A DNA stretch of 64,000 bases from a bacterium (GTDB taxonomy: Bacteria > SAR324 > XYD2-FULL-50-16). The translations under genes and the position numbers were made by a program. Under the pieces are notes generated by a model. That model was not told the origin of the DNA. It saw nothing but the letters and a program-made list of their open reading frames with translations, and did no database searches. How positions within the stretch are numbered: position 1 is the first letter of the stretch; each line of letters starts with the position of its first letter. Of this stretch, positions 1 to 10,025 are shown piece after piece. The DNA lies in contig JAVVEA010000006.1 of assembly GCA_032250835.1 (NCBI GenBank), positions 64,001 through 128,000 on the forward strand, written 5' to 3'.

Positions 1-300
1 AGCGGCAATATTTCGGGCCTGACCGACGCAGATCGTTTGCACCTGGGGCCGGATGTATTGCATGGTGTCGTAGAGCGCCAAACCGGCGTTGACCGAACCG
101 CCGTAGCTGTTGATGTAGAGGCTGATGTCCGCATCGGGCTTGTCGGCTTCTAAAAACAGCAACTGGGCGATGATCACGTTAGCGGTGTAGGAGTTGACCT
201 CTTCACCTAAAAAGATGATGCGGTCTTTGAGCAGCCTAGAATAGATGTCGTAGGTCCGCTCACCCCGGTTGGTTTGCTCAATAACGTAAGGGATGCTCAT
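1..300 (-). CDS. clpP: ATP-dependent Clp protease proteolytic subunit (partial, runs off window start)
   Basis: Minus-strand translation [32 protein letters not shown]...[12 protein letters not shown] overlaps the tig stop (ATGA). Confidence 0.95.
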   Translation of the reverse strand, partial: MSIPYVIEQTNRGERTYDIYSRLLKDRIIFLGEEVNSYTANVIIAQLLFLEADKPDADISLYINSYGGSVNAGLALYDTMQYIRPQVQTICVGQARNIAA

Positions 301-1550
301 TTGAGGATCTCAGCAACGAGTTGATCCAAGACCATCTCTTCGGCGGTGGTCTGGTAAATATCATTATAAAACTGGCGGCCGTAATCGGTGCGGATCAGTT
401 CCATCGGATTTTGGCCCATCATCTGGCACTGCATGCCGAAGCGCTGCCAGATGTTGTTGTCATCGGGCTTGAGTTCCTTTTCGTCCATGTAGCGATGGAC
501 AAAGCGGTTCAGGCGCAGATAACCGTCGGCCTCTTTTTGGGCTTGGGGCTTGAGGTCTTCTTCAGATTTGTCGGCGTTTTCGGGTTGGTTTTTGAGCTGG
601 TGGACCCGAAATTCCACTTCCGAAGCTTGCAGGCTGGCCGGTAATTGGAAGTCCAATTTCTCGACGATTTGCTTGCGCAGCTCTTCGCGGTAGTGGTGCG
701 ATTGCTCGCGCTCTTTGATTTCCTTAAGTTCGTCTTCGACCATCTGGTCGAATTCAGCCTCGGTGTTTACCTTGTCCCCGAATCGCTCTAAAAACTTCTC
801 GTCGATGGCGGGCAGCACACGGGCTTGGACTTCCTGAACCGTTACTTCAAAGCTGGCTTTTTTGCCTTTGAAGCGGTCTTCGGGGTGGTCTTCGGGGAGC
901 GTGGTTTCAAACTCTTTGCTCTCGCCTTTAGAAAGGCCCAAGATGGCCGATTCAAAAGCTTCGATCAATTGGCCGTTGCCCAAGACGACTTTAAATCCTT
1001 CTTGGTTTACCTCTTCGCCGTCCTCGGTTTTGCCTTTAAAGTCCACCGTCACTTGGTCGCCCGCAGCGGCGGGGCCGTCTTTGTCGCTCAACTCGGCCGA
1101 TTGGCCTAGGTGGTGGTCGCGGCGCACTTTGCGCTCGTCGTCGCTGATGGTGACTTCTTTGACGTCTAGTTTGAAGTCTTTGGGCTCAAGCAAGCTGAAT
1201 TCAGGCCAGACTTCTAGGGTGGCGGTGAAGACAAAGGGTTTGCCTTTTTCCACTTCCAGGTCGGCGAATTCGGGCTGGATCGCCGGGGCGATGCTTTCCT
1301 TGGCTACGGCTTTTTCGTAGTACTGGGGGACCAATGTTTCCATGGCCTCTTCCTTCATGTACTTAGAAAAGCGCTTCTCCAACAGCGTTTGGGGCATCTT
1401 GCCCTTGCGGAAGCCGTTGACCCGGACTTTGTTTTTGATGTCGCCATAGCTTTTGTCATAGGCGGCTTTGACCTCTTCGGGAGGTACGGTAATGGTCAAC
1501 TTAAGTTTTAAGTCACCCAGGTCTTCGCGCTGTACGTTAAAGGTATCCAT
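297..1550 (-). CDS. tig: Trigger factor
   Basis: GFRKGK ribosome-binding signature, FKBP-like middle domain, upstream of clpP. Confidence 0.95.
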   Translation of the reverse strand: MDTFNVQREDLGDLKLKLTITVPPEEVKAAYDKSYGDIKNKVRVNGFRKGKMPQTLLEKRFSKYMKEEAMETLVPQYYEKAVAKESIAPAIQPEFADLEVEKGKPFVFTATLEVWPEFSLLEPKDFKLDVKEVTISDDERKVRRDHHLGQSAELSDKDGPAAAGDQVTVDFKGKTEDGEEVNQEGFKVVLGNGQLIEAFESAILGLSKGESKEFETTLPEDHPEDRFKGKKASFEVTVQEVQARVLPAIDEKFLERFGDKVNTEAEFDQMVEDELKEIKEREQSHHYREELRKQIVEKLDFQLPASLQASEVEFRVHQLKNQPENADKSEEDLKPQAQKEADGYLRLNRFVHRYMDEKELKPDDNNIWQRFGMQCQMMGQNPMELIRTDYGRQFYNDIYQTTAEEMVLDQLVAEILK

Positions 1551-1737
1551 CGAGGCAGGTAGTCAGGAAAAGGTTGCCCACAAGGGGGATGCTGGTTCTT
1601 CAAAAGACCAGAGTCGGTCTTTTTGGCTAAAAAGTCAATTCTCTTAGGTCCCAAGCCGCCTCGGTAAATTTAGGTACCAAGGAGCCCGCCCGTATTGGCG
1701 GCGGGGTCTGCAAAAGAGGAACAAAAAAGGCGGGGCT

Positions 1738-2400
1738 TTAAGCGAAGTGGCGGCGGCGGAAGCCCCAGTAGGCGAGGCCCATGGCCAGGGTGTAAAGCGC
1801 ACTGACCAAAAAGGCGGTCTGTCCGATCCAGCCCCAGGTCAGTCCCCCGGCAATTCCGCCGCAGAGGAATCCTAAGATTAAGGTCAAGTAAAGTATGGTC
1901 CGCTCCCCGTCCATTTTTCGTTCGCGCAGACCCCGACCAATGGCTAGGCCCAGGTCGGTCAAGACGCCGGTCAGGTGGGTGGTGCGGATGACGGCTTTAG
2001 AGTGGGCGGTAAACAGGCCGTTTTGCAAACCGCAAGCGACACTGAGCGGGAACAAGCCAGTGTGGCTGCCTTGCTTGAAAAGGTAATAGGCAAAAAAGAT
2101 CAAGCAGGCCTCAACCCAAAGGGCTATGCCGTAGCGTTTGTGGGGGTTAAACTTGCCGCCGCCCATGGCCAAACCCGAACCCACTGCGCCGCACAAAAAA
2201 CCGACCAAAACCCAAAAAGCGGTCCAGGGGGCGTTGCCGAAACTGAGTTGTAAGCTTAAATGACTGACCGTACCGGTCACGTGGCTAACCCCTTGGTGTA
2301 AGGGCTCGATGATCGAAAGGGCGTTCAGGTAGCCCGCGTTGGCGCTGAGGGCTGGGCCTAAAAGTAGCGGGGTATGACGGATTACAAAGGGTTGAGACAC
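1738..2400 (-). CDS. YoaK/DUF1275 family membrane protein
   Basis: AGYLNA...VSHVTG and GLQNG...IRTTHLTG motifs, multiple hydrophobic segments. Confidence 0.85.
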   Translation of the reverse strand: MSQPFVIRHTPLLLGPALSANAGYLNALSIIEPLHQGVSHVTGTVSHLSLQLSFGNAPWTAFWVLVGFLCGAVGSGLAMGGGKFNPHKRYGIALWVEACLIFFAYYLFKQGSHTGLFPLSVACGLQNGLFTAHSKAVIRTTHLTGVLTDLGLAIGRGLRERKMDGERTILYLTLILGFLCGGIAGGLTWGWIGQTAFLVSALYTLAMGLAYWGFRRRHFA

Positions 2401-2432
2401 GGGCTCCTTCTGGGTACCGGGCGTCTAAACGG

Positions 2433-2468
2433 AAAAAGGGAGGCTCCCGGTAGGGGAACCTCCCTTTT
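2433..2468 (-). terminator. Rho-independent terminator after tRNA cluster
   Basis: AAAAGGGAGG...CCTCCCTTTT inverted repeat with T-run on the minus strand. Confidence 0.8.
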
Positions 2469-2476
2469 GATCCGTT

Positions 2477-2552
<76 letters not shown>

Positions 2553-2589
2553 CCCTAAGGGGACTTGGGGCCCATCTGGGCCGTAATGC

Positions 2590-2674
2590 TGGTGCGAGAG
2601 GAGAGACTTGAACTCTCACATCCGAAGATACCAGATCCTAAATCTGGCGCGTCTGCCAATTCCGCCACTCTCGC
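2590..2674 (-). tRNA. tRNA-Leu(TAG)
   Basis: Long variable arm, anticodon TAG, CCA encoded. Confidence 0.95.
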
Positions 2675-2717
2675 AAAGAGGGGGTTCTCCTAAGGTCTGG
2701 CTAGGAGCATTAAAATG

Positions 2718-2804
2718 TGGTGCGAGAGAAGAGACTTGAACTCCCACGTCCTTACGGACACATGGACCTGAACCATGCGCGTCTGCCAATTCCGCCACTC
2801 TCGC
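2718..2804 (-). tRNA. tRNA-Leu(CAG)
   Basis: Long variable arm, anticodon CAG, CCA encoded. Confidence 0.95.
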
Positions 2805-2831
2805 ACAACAGACTGGTCGTATTCTACGTAC

Positions 2832-2908
2832 TGGCGCGCCTGGTAGGATTCGAACCTACGACCTTTGGATTCGAAGTCCACTACTCTATCCAGCTGAGCT
2901 ACAAGCGC
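2832..2908 (-). tRNA. tRNA-Arg(TCG)
   Basis: Cloverleaf, anticodon loop CTTCGAA, CCA encoded. Confidence 0.93.
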
Positions 2909-2919
2909 GCTTCAACTTT

Positions 2920-2996
2920 TGGGGCGAATGACGAGGCTTGAACTCGCGACATCCGGAGCCACAATCCGGTGCTCTACCAACTGAGCTACATCCGCC
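2920..2996 (-). tRNA. tRNA-His(GTG)
   Basis: Anticodon GTG, encoded G-1, C discriminator plus CCA. Confidence 0.95.
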
Positions 2997-3009
2997 ATCA
3001 ACTTTATAA

Positions 3010-3086
3010 TGGCACGCCCGAGACGATTCGAACGTCCGACCTACTGATTAGAAGTCAGTTGCTCTATCCAACTGAGCTACGGGCGC
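3010..3086 (-). tRNA. tRNA-Arg(TCT)
   Basis: Cloverleaf, anticodon loop CTTCTAA. Confidence 0.95.
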
Positions 3087-3094
3087 ATAATCTT

Positions 3095-3172
<78 letters not shown>

Positions 3173-3190
3173 AAACCCAAGGAAGAGGCC

Positions 3191-3219
3191 AGCTTGCCCT
3201 AAGAGAAAACCTTCGTCAA
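3191..3219 (-). promoter_or_regulatory. Putative sigma70 promoter of tRNA cluster
   Basis: TTGACG-17nt-CAAGCT just upstream of tRNA-Pro; weak -10. Confidence 0.4.
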
Positions 3220-3239
3220 CGAAAATTCCAACCCTTGGT

Positions 3240-3986
3240 TTACCGCCTGCCTTGGGCGATGGCTTCTAGCTGCGCGGCGAAATGACCCTTAAGGCCCGCA
3301 GTGGCAAGCTCAAACATTCCGTTCATTTGTGCGGCACTAAAGGGCTCTCCCTCGGCGGTGCCTTGCACCTCAACAATCCCCCCGGTGGCCGTCATCACCA
3401 AGTTCATGTCCACCTCGGCTTGGGAATCTTCTAAATAGTCTAGATCCAGCAGGATCCGGTTCTCTAAGATTCCTAGGCTGACCGCCGCCACTTGGCCCTT
3501 TAGGGGATTGCTAATAAAGCTTACACCGGAACTTTTTAAATGATCAAGGGCCATTGCCAGCGCCACATAGGCCCCGGTGATCGAGGCCGTACGGGTGCCG
3601 CCATCGGCTTGGATCACGTCGCAGTCTAAGGTGATGGTCCGCTCGCCTAGGGCCTTTAAGTCGACCACCGAACGTAGACTGCGGCCAATCAGGCGTTGGA
3701 TTTCTAAGGTTCGCCCTGAAACCTGCCCGCCCCGGTCCCGCCGGACGCGCTGGTTGGTGGCCCTGGGTAACATCGAATATTCAGCAGTTACCCAGCCTTG
3801 GTCCTGGCCTTTTAAAAAGGGCGGAACCCGCTCTTCGACGCTGGCGGTGCAGATCACCTGGGTTTGGCCGGAGCATATCAAAACCGAGCCTTCGGCTTGG
3901 TTGGTGAAGTGTGGGGTGATGCTCAGGTTGCGGCATTGTTGGTCTGAACGATTTTCGCTTCGCATAGTTCTTTTTGCTGAGGTCAT
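3240..3986 (-). CDS. rph: Ribonuclease PH
   Basis: [36 protein letters not shown] motifs; start may be 3965. Confidence 0.96.
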   Translation of the reverse strand: MTSAKRTMRSENRSDQQCRNLSITPHFTNQAEGSVLICSGQTQVICTASVEERVPPFLKGQDQGWVTAEYSMLPRATNQRVRRDRGGQVSGRTLEIQRLIGRSLRSVVDLKALGERTITLDCDVIQADGGTRTASITGAYVALAMALDHLKSSGVSFISNPLKGQVAAVSLGILENRILLDLDYLEDSQAEVDMNLVMTATGGIVEVQGTAEGEPFSAAQMNGMFELATAGLKGHFAAQLEAIAQGRR

Positions 3987-4098
3987 GGGGGCAAGGGAGG
4001 TTCCCGTTGGGCATCTAGGGCGCAGCGGTCCCTAAAGGCCTTGCCTTGGGGATTGCTTCGCTTTAGAATCTTGTTTCAAGGCCCTATTGGGGTCCTGT

Positions 4099-4437
4099 TT
4101 ACTGGCTCCACCAAATCTCTCGGGCGAAGCTGGGCGGTAGCTGTGTCCCCGCCCGCTGCGCGAGTAGGAGCAGTTTGGAGACCAAACGCCGGGTGATCGA
4201 ATAAACCCGGAAGTCTGGGCAATGACGGTCCTTGTTCTTTTCGGTGGCATAGGCGCAATCGATCCATTTCCATTTGCGCTTTTGCGAAAAGGGCAGGTCC
4301 TGCTGGAATATTTTCTGGGCCCCTTTCAAGCAAGCCGGGCGTGTCCGGCCTGTTTTATAAGGAAAAGGTGCCAGATAATAACGACAATATTCACAGCCCG
4401 GATTTTTTAAAACAATCGGTTTTATGAGCTGCGCCAT
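4099..4437 (-). CDS. Hypothetical Cys-rich small protein
   Basis: 112-aa ORF with CEYC and three further Cys; fills the gap between rph and the M16 peptidase. Confidence 0.5.
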   Translation of the reverse strand: MAQLIKPIVLKNPGCEYCRYYLAPFPYKTGRTRPACLKGAQKIFQQDLPFSQKRKWKWIDCAYATEKNKDRHCPDFRVYSITRRLVSKLLLLAQRAGTQLPPSFAREIWWSQ

Positions 4438-4443
4438 ATCCCT

Positions 4444-7356
4444 ATGAGCAAACGTTACCTGATCTCTCTCGCCCTGGTGCTGGTTGCAGCCGGGTTTAGC
4501 TATCGGTTTTTCGCCCCCCGCCCCGCCACGGTGGTCAAAAGCCCCATGGATTCCAAGCTATACCGCTCCTTGGTTTTAGACAACGGCCTCAAGGTGCTTT
4601 TAGTCTCCAACCCCAAGGCAGACCAAGCCGCCGCGAGCCTCGCCGTGAGCGTCGGCCAATTCCAAGACCCCGCCCACCGCCAAGGTTTAGCCCACTATTT
4701 AGAACATATGTTGTTCCTGGGTAATCAGGCCTACCCGGACCCCGAGGGCTTCGGTAAGTTTTTGTCCGAAAACGGAGGCAGCACCAACGCCTTCACGGCC
4801 CTAGAAGACACCAATTTTCACTTTGTGGTCAACCGGGACCACCTACAAGGGGCCTTAGAGCGGTTCAGCCAGTTTTTTATCAGCCCTCTGTTCACCGCCG
4901 AGTTAGCAGGGCGCGAAGTCAACGCCGTCAACTCCGAGCACCAAAAGAACCTACAAAACGACTTCCGGCGCATGTTTGAGGTGCAAAAGTCGGGCTTTAA
5001 CCCTGAGCACCCCATGAGCCGCTTTGGCACCGGGTCTTTGGAATCATTAGGCGGCGAAAATCTGGACCAGACCCAACTACAAAAAGACCTGCGCCAGTTT
5101 TTTGAAACCCAGTACTCGGCCGATAAAATGAGTTTGGCGCTGCTGGGCGTCGAAAGCTTAGACCAACTCGAAGCCATGGCCCGCGGATTCTTTTCGGCGG
5201 TGCCGCGCAAAGTGACGCCTAAGCGCGAATACTTAGAAATCCCCCCGGTGACCGCGCCCTTGCCCCGGTTGGTCAAAATTGAACCGGTCCAAGAACAGCG
5301 CTGGCTCAAGCTCTCTTGGGTGATCGACTCACAGAAGAAAAACTTCCGCAGCCGTCCGGGCGAATTGATCAGCCACCTTTTGGGGCACGAAGGCCCCGGT
5401 AGCCTGCTGTCTTATTATAAGGCCCAAGGCTGGGCCGCTAAATTGACGGCAAGCCCCAGCTTCAATACCGACGACTTCACCCTTTTTGAGTTGCATATCG
5501 AGGTCACTCCCTCGGGTCTGGAACATTGGCCTGAGATGGTGGAGACGGCCTTCGCCTTTTTGAAAAAAATCGAGCAGACCAAAGCCCAAGACCTACAAAC
5601 CTATCAAGACGAACTGGACCGGATCGGCCAGTTACAGTTTAAGTTCCTCGACGAACAGGCTCCCTTAGATTTTGTGACCCGGTTGGCTTCGCAGTTGCAA
5701 GATGTCCCGGCTGCTGAAGTGTTGGAGCAGCCCTATCGATACGCTCCCCTAAAGTCGGGCGAAGTGGCGGCGCTGTTGGGCCAGCTTTTGCCGGAACGCT
5801 TGAGCGTTTATCTGGTCGCTAAGGGGTTCGTTACCGACCAGACCGAACCTAGATACGGCACCCAATACCAGCAAGAGGCCATCAAGGCCGATCTGCTGGC
5901 TCGTTGGGAACAGCCCAAATCCCCGCAATCCTTGGCTTTAGCTGAACCTAACCCCTTCATCCCGAAGAAAGTGGAGTTGGTCGCGCGGGACCAAACCAGC
6001 GACGAGCCTAAACTACTGGCCGATCAGGCGGGGCTGAGGGTTTGGTTCCAACAGGACCCTGGCTTTGATACCCCTAAGGTGCGGTTGGCCGCCTCGATCC
6101 GCTCCCCTATCGCCTACGACAACCCGAGACATGCCGCCTTGACGCGGCTCTATACGCAGTTGGTTCAAGAGCGGATGAACGAATATGCCTACGCCGCCAG
6201 TCTGGCGGGCCTAACCTACCGCATCCAAAACGACACCCAGGGGCTGATTTTGGTGATGGAGGGTTACCCGGACACGCTGGGCAAGCTCTTCACGAGGCTG
6301 CTGTCTGAGATGCGCCTCAGTGAGGTTTCGCCCCAGCGCTTTGAACTGCTCAAACGGGAGCTTAAAGAAGACCGACTCAACCAAGAGCGGCGTCAGGCCT
6401 TCCACCGCGCCATTTACGAAGGCCAATATCTGTTGAGCCAACAACTCTGGCACAATCGGGATTATCTGGCGGTGATCGATGACCTGACCCGCGCCGACTT
6501 GCAGGACTTTATTCCTCAGCTGTTGGGGGCCCTGCGGCTAGAGACCCTGTTGATGGGGAACTTAAACCGCGACGACGCCCTGTCTCTTTCTAAAGCTTTA
6601 CAAGATGGGTTGGCGTCCAAGCCGCTGGGTCTTGAGACCATTCCGGTCGAACGGATCGCCAGGCTGCCGCCTGGAAAACCCCAAGCCCTGGCCTTTGAGG
6701 TCCTAGACGTCAATTCGGCCATTGAGATGGTTTTTCAAGCAGGGCCCACTTCGGACCAGAAAGCCGCCGAGATGTTGCTACTGACCCAAATCTTAGAGAA
6801 GCCCTTTTACCACCAACTACGCACCACCGAACAGTTGGGTTATGTGGTCTGGTCTATGCGCCAACGGCAGCAGAACGTCGAGAGTTTGGTCTTGATCATC
6901 CAAAGCAACGTGAAGCGCCCGCCTTACCTACGGCAACGGATTTTGAGCTTTTTAGAACAATTTGCCGCTCAGTTAGAACAGATGCCCACCGAGGCATTTG
7001 AGCGCCACCGCAAGGCTTTGGCCGCTGAGCTGAGCCAAGATCCGAAGAATCTGGACGAAGCCCTGCGCGAGTCCTGGGGGCGCATCCAGGACGGGAACTA
7101 TGACTTTAAAGAAAAGGACCGGCTGATCGCCCAGTTGGATGCCCTAAGCCCCCCATTGCTCGCCCAGAGGTTGCGTGATTTAGTCTTTTCGCAGCAAAGA
7201 CAGGTGCTTTCGGTGGACGCCTTTGCCGCCGGGCACAAGCCCCGAGGCGCTGATTGGCCGTTGATTCAAGGAGTCCCCCAACACAAGTTAACGCAGCCCT
7301 ATTACCCTAACCCTGTGGGCCAACCCTCTTTAAGCCAAGGCCATGGATCTGACTAA
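4444..7356 (+). CDS. M16A insulinase/pitrilysin family zinc peptidase
   Basis: HYLEH inverted zincin motif, GGSTNAFT, QLRTTEQLGYVV; N-terminal hydrophobic anchor. Confidence 0.92.
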   Translation: MSKRYLISLALVLVAAGFSYRFFAPRPATVVKSPMDSKLYRSLVLDNGLKVLLVSNPKADQAAASLAVSVGQFQDPAHRQGLAHYLEHMLFLGNQAYPDPEGFGKFLSENGGSTNAFTALEDTNFHFVVNRDHLQGALERFSQFFISPLFTAELAGREVNAVNSEHQKNLQNDFRRMFEVQKSGFNPEHPMSRFGTGSLESLGGENLDQTQLQKDLRQFFETQYSADKMSLALLGVESLDQLEAMARGFFSAVPRKVTPKREYLEIPPVTAPLPRLVKIEPVQEQRWLKLSWVIDSQKKNFRSRPGELISHLLGHEGPGSLLSYYKAQGWAAKLTASPSFNTDDFTLFELHIEVTPSGLEHWPEMVETAFAFLKKIEQTKAQDLQTYQDELDRIGQLQFKFLDEQAPLDFVTRLASQLQDVPAAEVLEQPYRYAPLKSGEVAALLGQLLPERLSVYLVAKGFVTDQTEPRYGTQYQQEAIKADLLARWEQPKSPQSLALAEPNPFIPKKVELVARDQTSDEPKLLADQAGLRVWFQQDPGFDTPKVRLAASIRSPIAYDNPRHAALTRLYTQLVQERMNEYAYAASLAGLTYRIQNDTQGLILVMEGYPDTLGKLFTRLLSEMRLSEVSPQRFELLKRELKEDRLNQERRQAFHRAIYEGQYLLSQQLWHNRDYLAVIDDLTRADLQDFIPQLLGALRLETLLMGNLNRDDALSLSKALQDGLASKPLGLETIPVERIARLPPGKPQALAFEVLDVNSAIEMVFQAGPTSDQKAAEMLLLTQILEKPFYHQLRTTEQLGYVVWSMRQRQQNVESLVLIIQSNVKRPPYLRQRILSFLEQFAAQLEQMPTEAFERHRKALAAELSQDPKNLDEALRESWGRIQDGNYDFKEKDRLIAQLDALSPPLLAQRLRDLVFSQQRQVLSVDAFAAGHKPRGADWPLIQGVPQHKLTQPYYPNPVGQPSLSQGHGSD

Positions 7357-7684
7357 GCTACCTAAAGAAAAGACGCCCGAACTACAACAGATCCAAGACC
7401 GGCTGGCCGATGCGATCCGAGCAGTGATCAACCAGCAGGTCGCCGAAAAGGACCCGCCTGAAACCTTGCTGACCTTAGAGCGGTTGCAGGAAGAGGGCTT
7501 TAGCGAAGATGAAGCCTGGGGCTTGGTGGGCCAAGTGGTCAGTCTAGAAGTGGCCGAAATGTTCGCCGGAAGGGGTGGGATTGAGTTGGAACGGTTTAAG
7601 GCGTCTTTGGAGCTTTTGCCTAAGCCCTTTGCAGAACCCAAAGGGGGCCAGGGAGACGAAGAAACCCCGATTGGATTACCATGA
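7343..7684 (+). CDS. Conserved hypothetical helical protein (DUF1841-like)
   Basis: NQ..DPPET...LERL..EG.S..EA pattern; overlaps both neighbours. Confidence 0.6.
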   Translation: MDLTKLPKEKTPELQQIQDRLADAIRAVINQQVAEKDPPETLLTLERLQEEGFSEDEAWGLVGQVVSLEVAEMFAGRGGIELERFKASLELLPKPFAEPKGGQGDEETPIGLP

Positions 7685-8049
7685 TTTTCTTGGGGTTTTT
7701 AGGGCTTTCGGCGCTGTTATTTTTTGATTTGGTTTTTTTGATGCTCTTGGCCCAGGGGCCGGGATTATGGTTGGTTGGCCTAACCCAAGGGGCGGGGCTG
7801 CTCTATGGAGCTTGGCAGCTGCGGGGCCGGGATCAATCCTTATTGTTTTATCTGGAGATTCAATGGAGCCAGGGCGAGCCGGTAGTGGCCGAACTATGGG
7901 AGGAAGGGCTGATTTTGTTGGCCTGTTACGGGCTGATGATTCCAGGCTTCTTGAGCGATCTCTTCGCCTTGTTGGTGCTGATTCCTGCAACCCGCAAGTC
8001 GGTCTTCGAGGGGTTGTGCCATTTTTTTGCCCGACTGGCCGGCAAATGA
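7681..8049 (+). CDS. fxsA: FxsA family membrane protein
   Basis: LMIPGFLSDLFALLVLIPATR motif, hydrophobic. Confidence 0.8.
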   Translation: MIFLGFLGLSALLFFDLVFLMLLAQGPGLWLVGLTQGAGLLYGAWQLRGRDQSLLFYLEIQWSQGEPVVAELWEEGLILLACYGLMIPGFLSDLFALLVLIPATRKSVFEGLCHFFARLAGK

Positions 8050-9158
8050 GACGTCGAGGGCTGTTTAAGTTCCTGGTGAGCTGCTCCTTGTTGGTCTGGG
8101 GCTGGGCTCCGCTGCTGGCGGCGGACCTGGATTCGGAGTTACATGACTTAGAAGATTTCAGCCGAGCCCTTTCGGTGATCGAAACCCAGTCCTTATACCC
8201 TAGGGAGCACAAAGAACTGATCGATGCGGCCATTTCAGGTATGCTCAAGGACCTGGACCCCTACTCGAACCTGCTGGACGCCCAGGGGTTTGAACGGGTC
8301 AAAGAGGTGAGCAAAGGCCGCAATTTTGGGGTGGGCTTAAGCTTGGCCCCGGTCGGAGCGGACCTCGTCATCACGCGTGTGGTGCCTGGCACGCCGGCGG
8401 CTCTAGCGGGGCTCAAGCGGGGGCAAAAGGTGAAGGCCGTCAATGGCCAGCCCATCGACTCCTTCGACGCCAAGGCACTCTCGGACTTGCGCTTTGATGG
8501 GGCCCCGCTCAAACTCACCTTGAGTTCCGGGCAGCAGTTGACGCTGCAAAAAACTTGGTATGACAACCCCGGCATGCGCTTTCAGCGGCCACAGCCAGGG
8601 ATTTTGGTCGCCGAAGTGCCCGAATTTTTTGTGGACACGCCCACTCAACTGGCGGCAGAACTCCTGCGAGAACCGCCCCAGACACTCATCTTAGATCTGC
8701 GCGACAACCCCGGCGGTTTGGTCTTTTCGGCCGTAGAAACGGCGGAACTGCTGGTCGGGCCGGGACCCATCGTGGAGACGCGGGACCGCCAGGGAAAACG
8801 CTTGGAAAGCTTTTTGGCCCGTCAGCCGCCGGTGGTGCCCTTAAAAAAGCTGGTGTTGCTGCTCAACGGAAATTCAGCCAGCGCCGCCGAAATCTTGGCC
8901 CAGAGCCTAAAGGAGCGGGGTGTCGCGGTCTTGGTCGGCGAGTTGAGCTTTGGTAAGGGAGTGGTGCAGACGCTCTTCCCGCTGGGGCGCGAGCGCTTTG
9001 CTTTACTGACGGTGGCCCGGTATTATGGGCCCTCGGGCAAAAGCTTTCATGGACAAGGGATCACCCCCGATTGGGCGGTAAAGGACAACCTCCAGGCAGA
9101 GCGCTGGGGACCAGAAGACCCGATTTATCAAAGGGCCCTTAAATTAGCCGTTCCTTAG
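8046..9158 (+). CDS. S41 family carboxy-terminal processing protease
   Basis: LDPYS, PDZ region, LDLRDNPGG, SASAAE, FGKG; signal peptide from ATG 8046. Confidence 0.92.
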   Translation: MRRRGLFKFLVSCSLLVWGWAPLLAADLDSELHDLEDFSRALSVIETQSLYPREHKELIDAAISGMLKDLDPYSNLLDAQGFERVKEVSKGRNFGVGLSLAPVGADLVITRVVPGTPAALAGLKRGQKVKAVNGQPIDSFDAKALSDLRFDGAPLKLTLSSGQQLTLQKTWYDNPGMRFQRPQPGILVAEVPEFFVDTPTQLAAELLREPPQTLILDLRDNPGGLVFSAVETAELLVGPGPIVETRDRQGKRLESFLARQPPVVPLKKLVLLLNGNSASAAEILAQSLKERGVAVLVGELSFGKGVVQTLFPLGRERFALLTVARYYGPSGKSFHGQGITPDWAVKDNLQAERWGPEDPIYQRALKLAVP

Positions 9159-9490
9159 CCGGAAATGTTCATGGCGCGGATGTCTAGCAGCAGCCGCTCA
9201 AGCAGCGGGATTTGGCCCACCGCGTCGAGTTTGCCGATCTCTATCTCTTTGGCTACGTTCGAGGGGGCAATGATCCCGTAATTGATGGTCGAGCCTTTGA
9301 TGTCGTGGGCTACCGCAGAGGTCTGCTGGGCATCACCGGCTTCAGCGGCGGCTTTTAAGTTGGGGATCTTGGAGAGGGCATCGTCGAGCACGTCGTCGAT
9401 CATCTCGACCAACTCTTCGGGCTCTAGGCCCATCCGCTCGGCAGCTTCGTCGATGTCGCGCAGGATTTGTTCTTTCGGGGGCGTTTCCAT
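9155..9490 (-). CDS. Stand-alone Hpt (histidine phosphotransfer) protein
   Basis: AHDIKGS motif in a helical protein. Confidence 0.85.
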   Translation of the reverse strand: METPPKEQILRDIDEAAERMGLEPEELVEMIDDVLDDALSKIPNLKAAAEAGDAQQTSAVAHDIKGSTINYGIIAPSNVAKEIEIGKLDAVGQIPLLERLLLDIRAMNISG

Positions 9491-9641
9491 AGGCTCTTTA
9501 ATTCTAAGGGTTGCCAGTCCAGAATAGCCAAACCTACAAAATCCGCAAGATTAAATTGGTCTAGAATTAGGGCTAGTATGGATTCTGCATTGCTTAGGCG
9601 AACTGCTGGGTCCGCTACGGGCTTGAGTTGAACCCTCTTGA

Positions 9642-10025
9642 GTGCCTAAAAAGATGAAATTTAAGTTGATCCTCTGCTTGCTCCTGCTGGTCTTCACGGC
9701 GCCCCTGATGGCGCAATCGGTGGTGGTAGACCAACGTGACCAATTTCGAGACATCGAGAATTTGATCAAGCTGATCGAAAAGGCCCGTGAAAACGGCCTG
9801 AGTGATGAGGAGATCAAACAGCTGAACCTCCGCGAGCAGGGCGGCGACATCAACGTGATGGAATACATCGAAGCCTTCCGCCTTAAAAAGCGTCTTAAGG
9901 ACCAAAAATTACAGGCTTTTTTAGAAAAGCGTTTCCTTACGGTGACCGATATTTTCAACGAATTGGTCAACATGGAACCCGAACAACTTGAAAAACTGCG
10001 CGAGGAATTGACTAGTGACTACTAA
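9642..10025 (+). CDS. Hypothetical exported protein
   Basis: Signal peptide (APLMA-Q) followed by a charged helical domain. Confidence 0.7.
   Translation: MPKKMKFKLILCLLLLVFTAPLMAQSVVVDQRDQFRDIENLIKLIEKARENGLSDEEIKQLNLREQGGDINVMEYIEAFRLKKRLKDQKLQAFLEKRFLTVTDIFNELVNMEPEQLEKLREELTSDY

Noticed and set aside
2590-2804. Direct repeat GCGCGTCTGCCAATTCCGCCACTCTCGCA suggesting an att site or CRISPR
   Set aside because: It is simply sequence shared by two adjacent tRNA-Leu genes.
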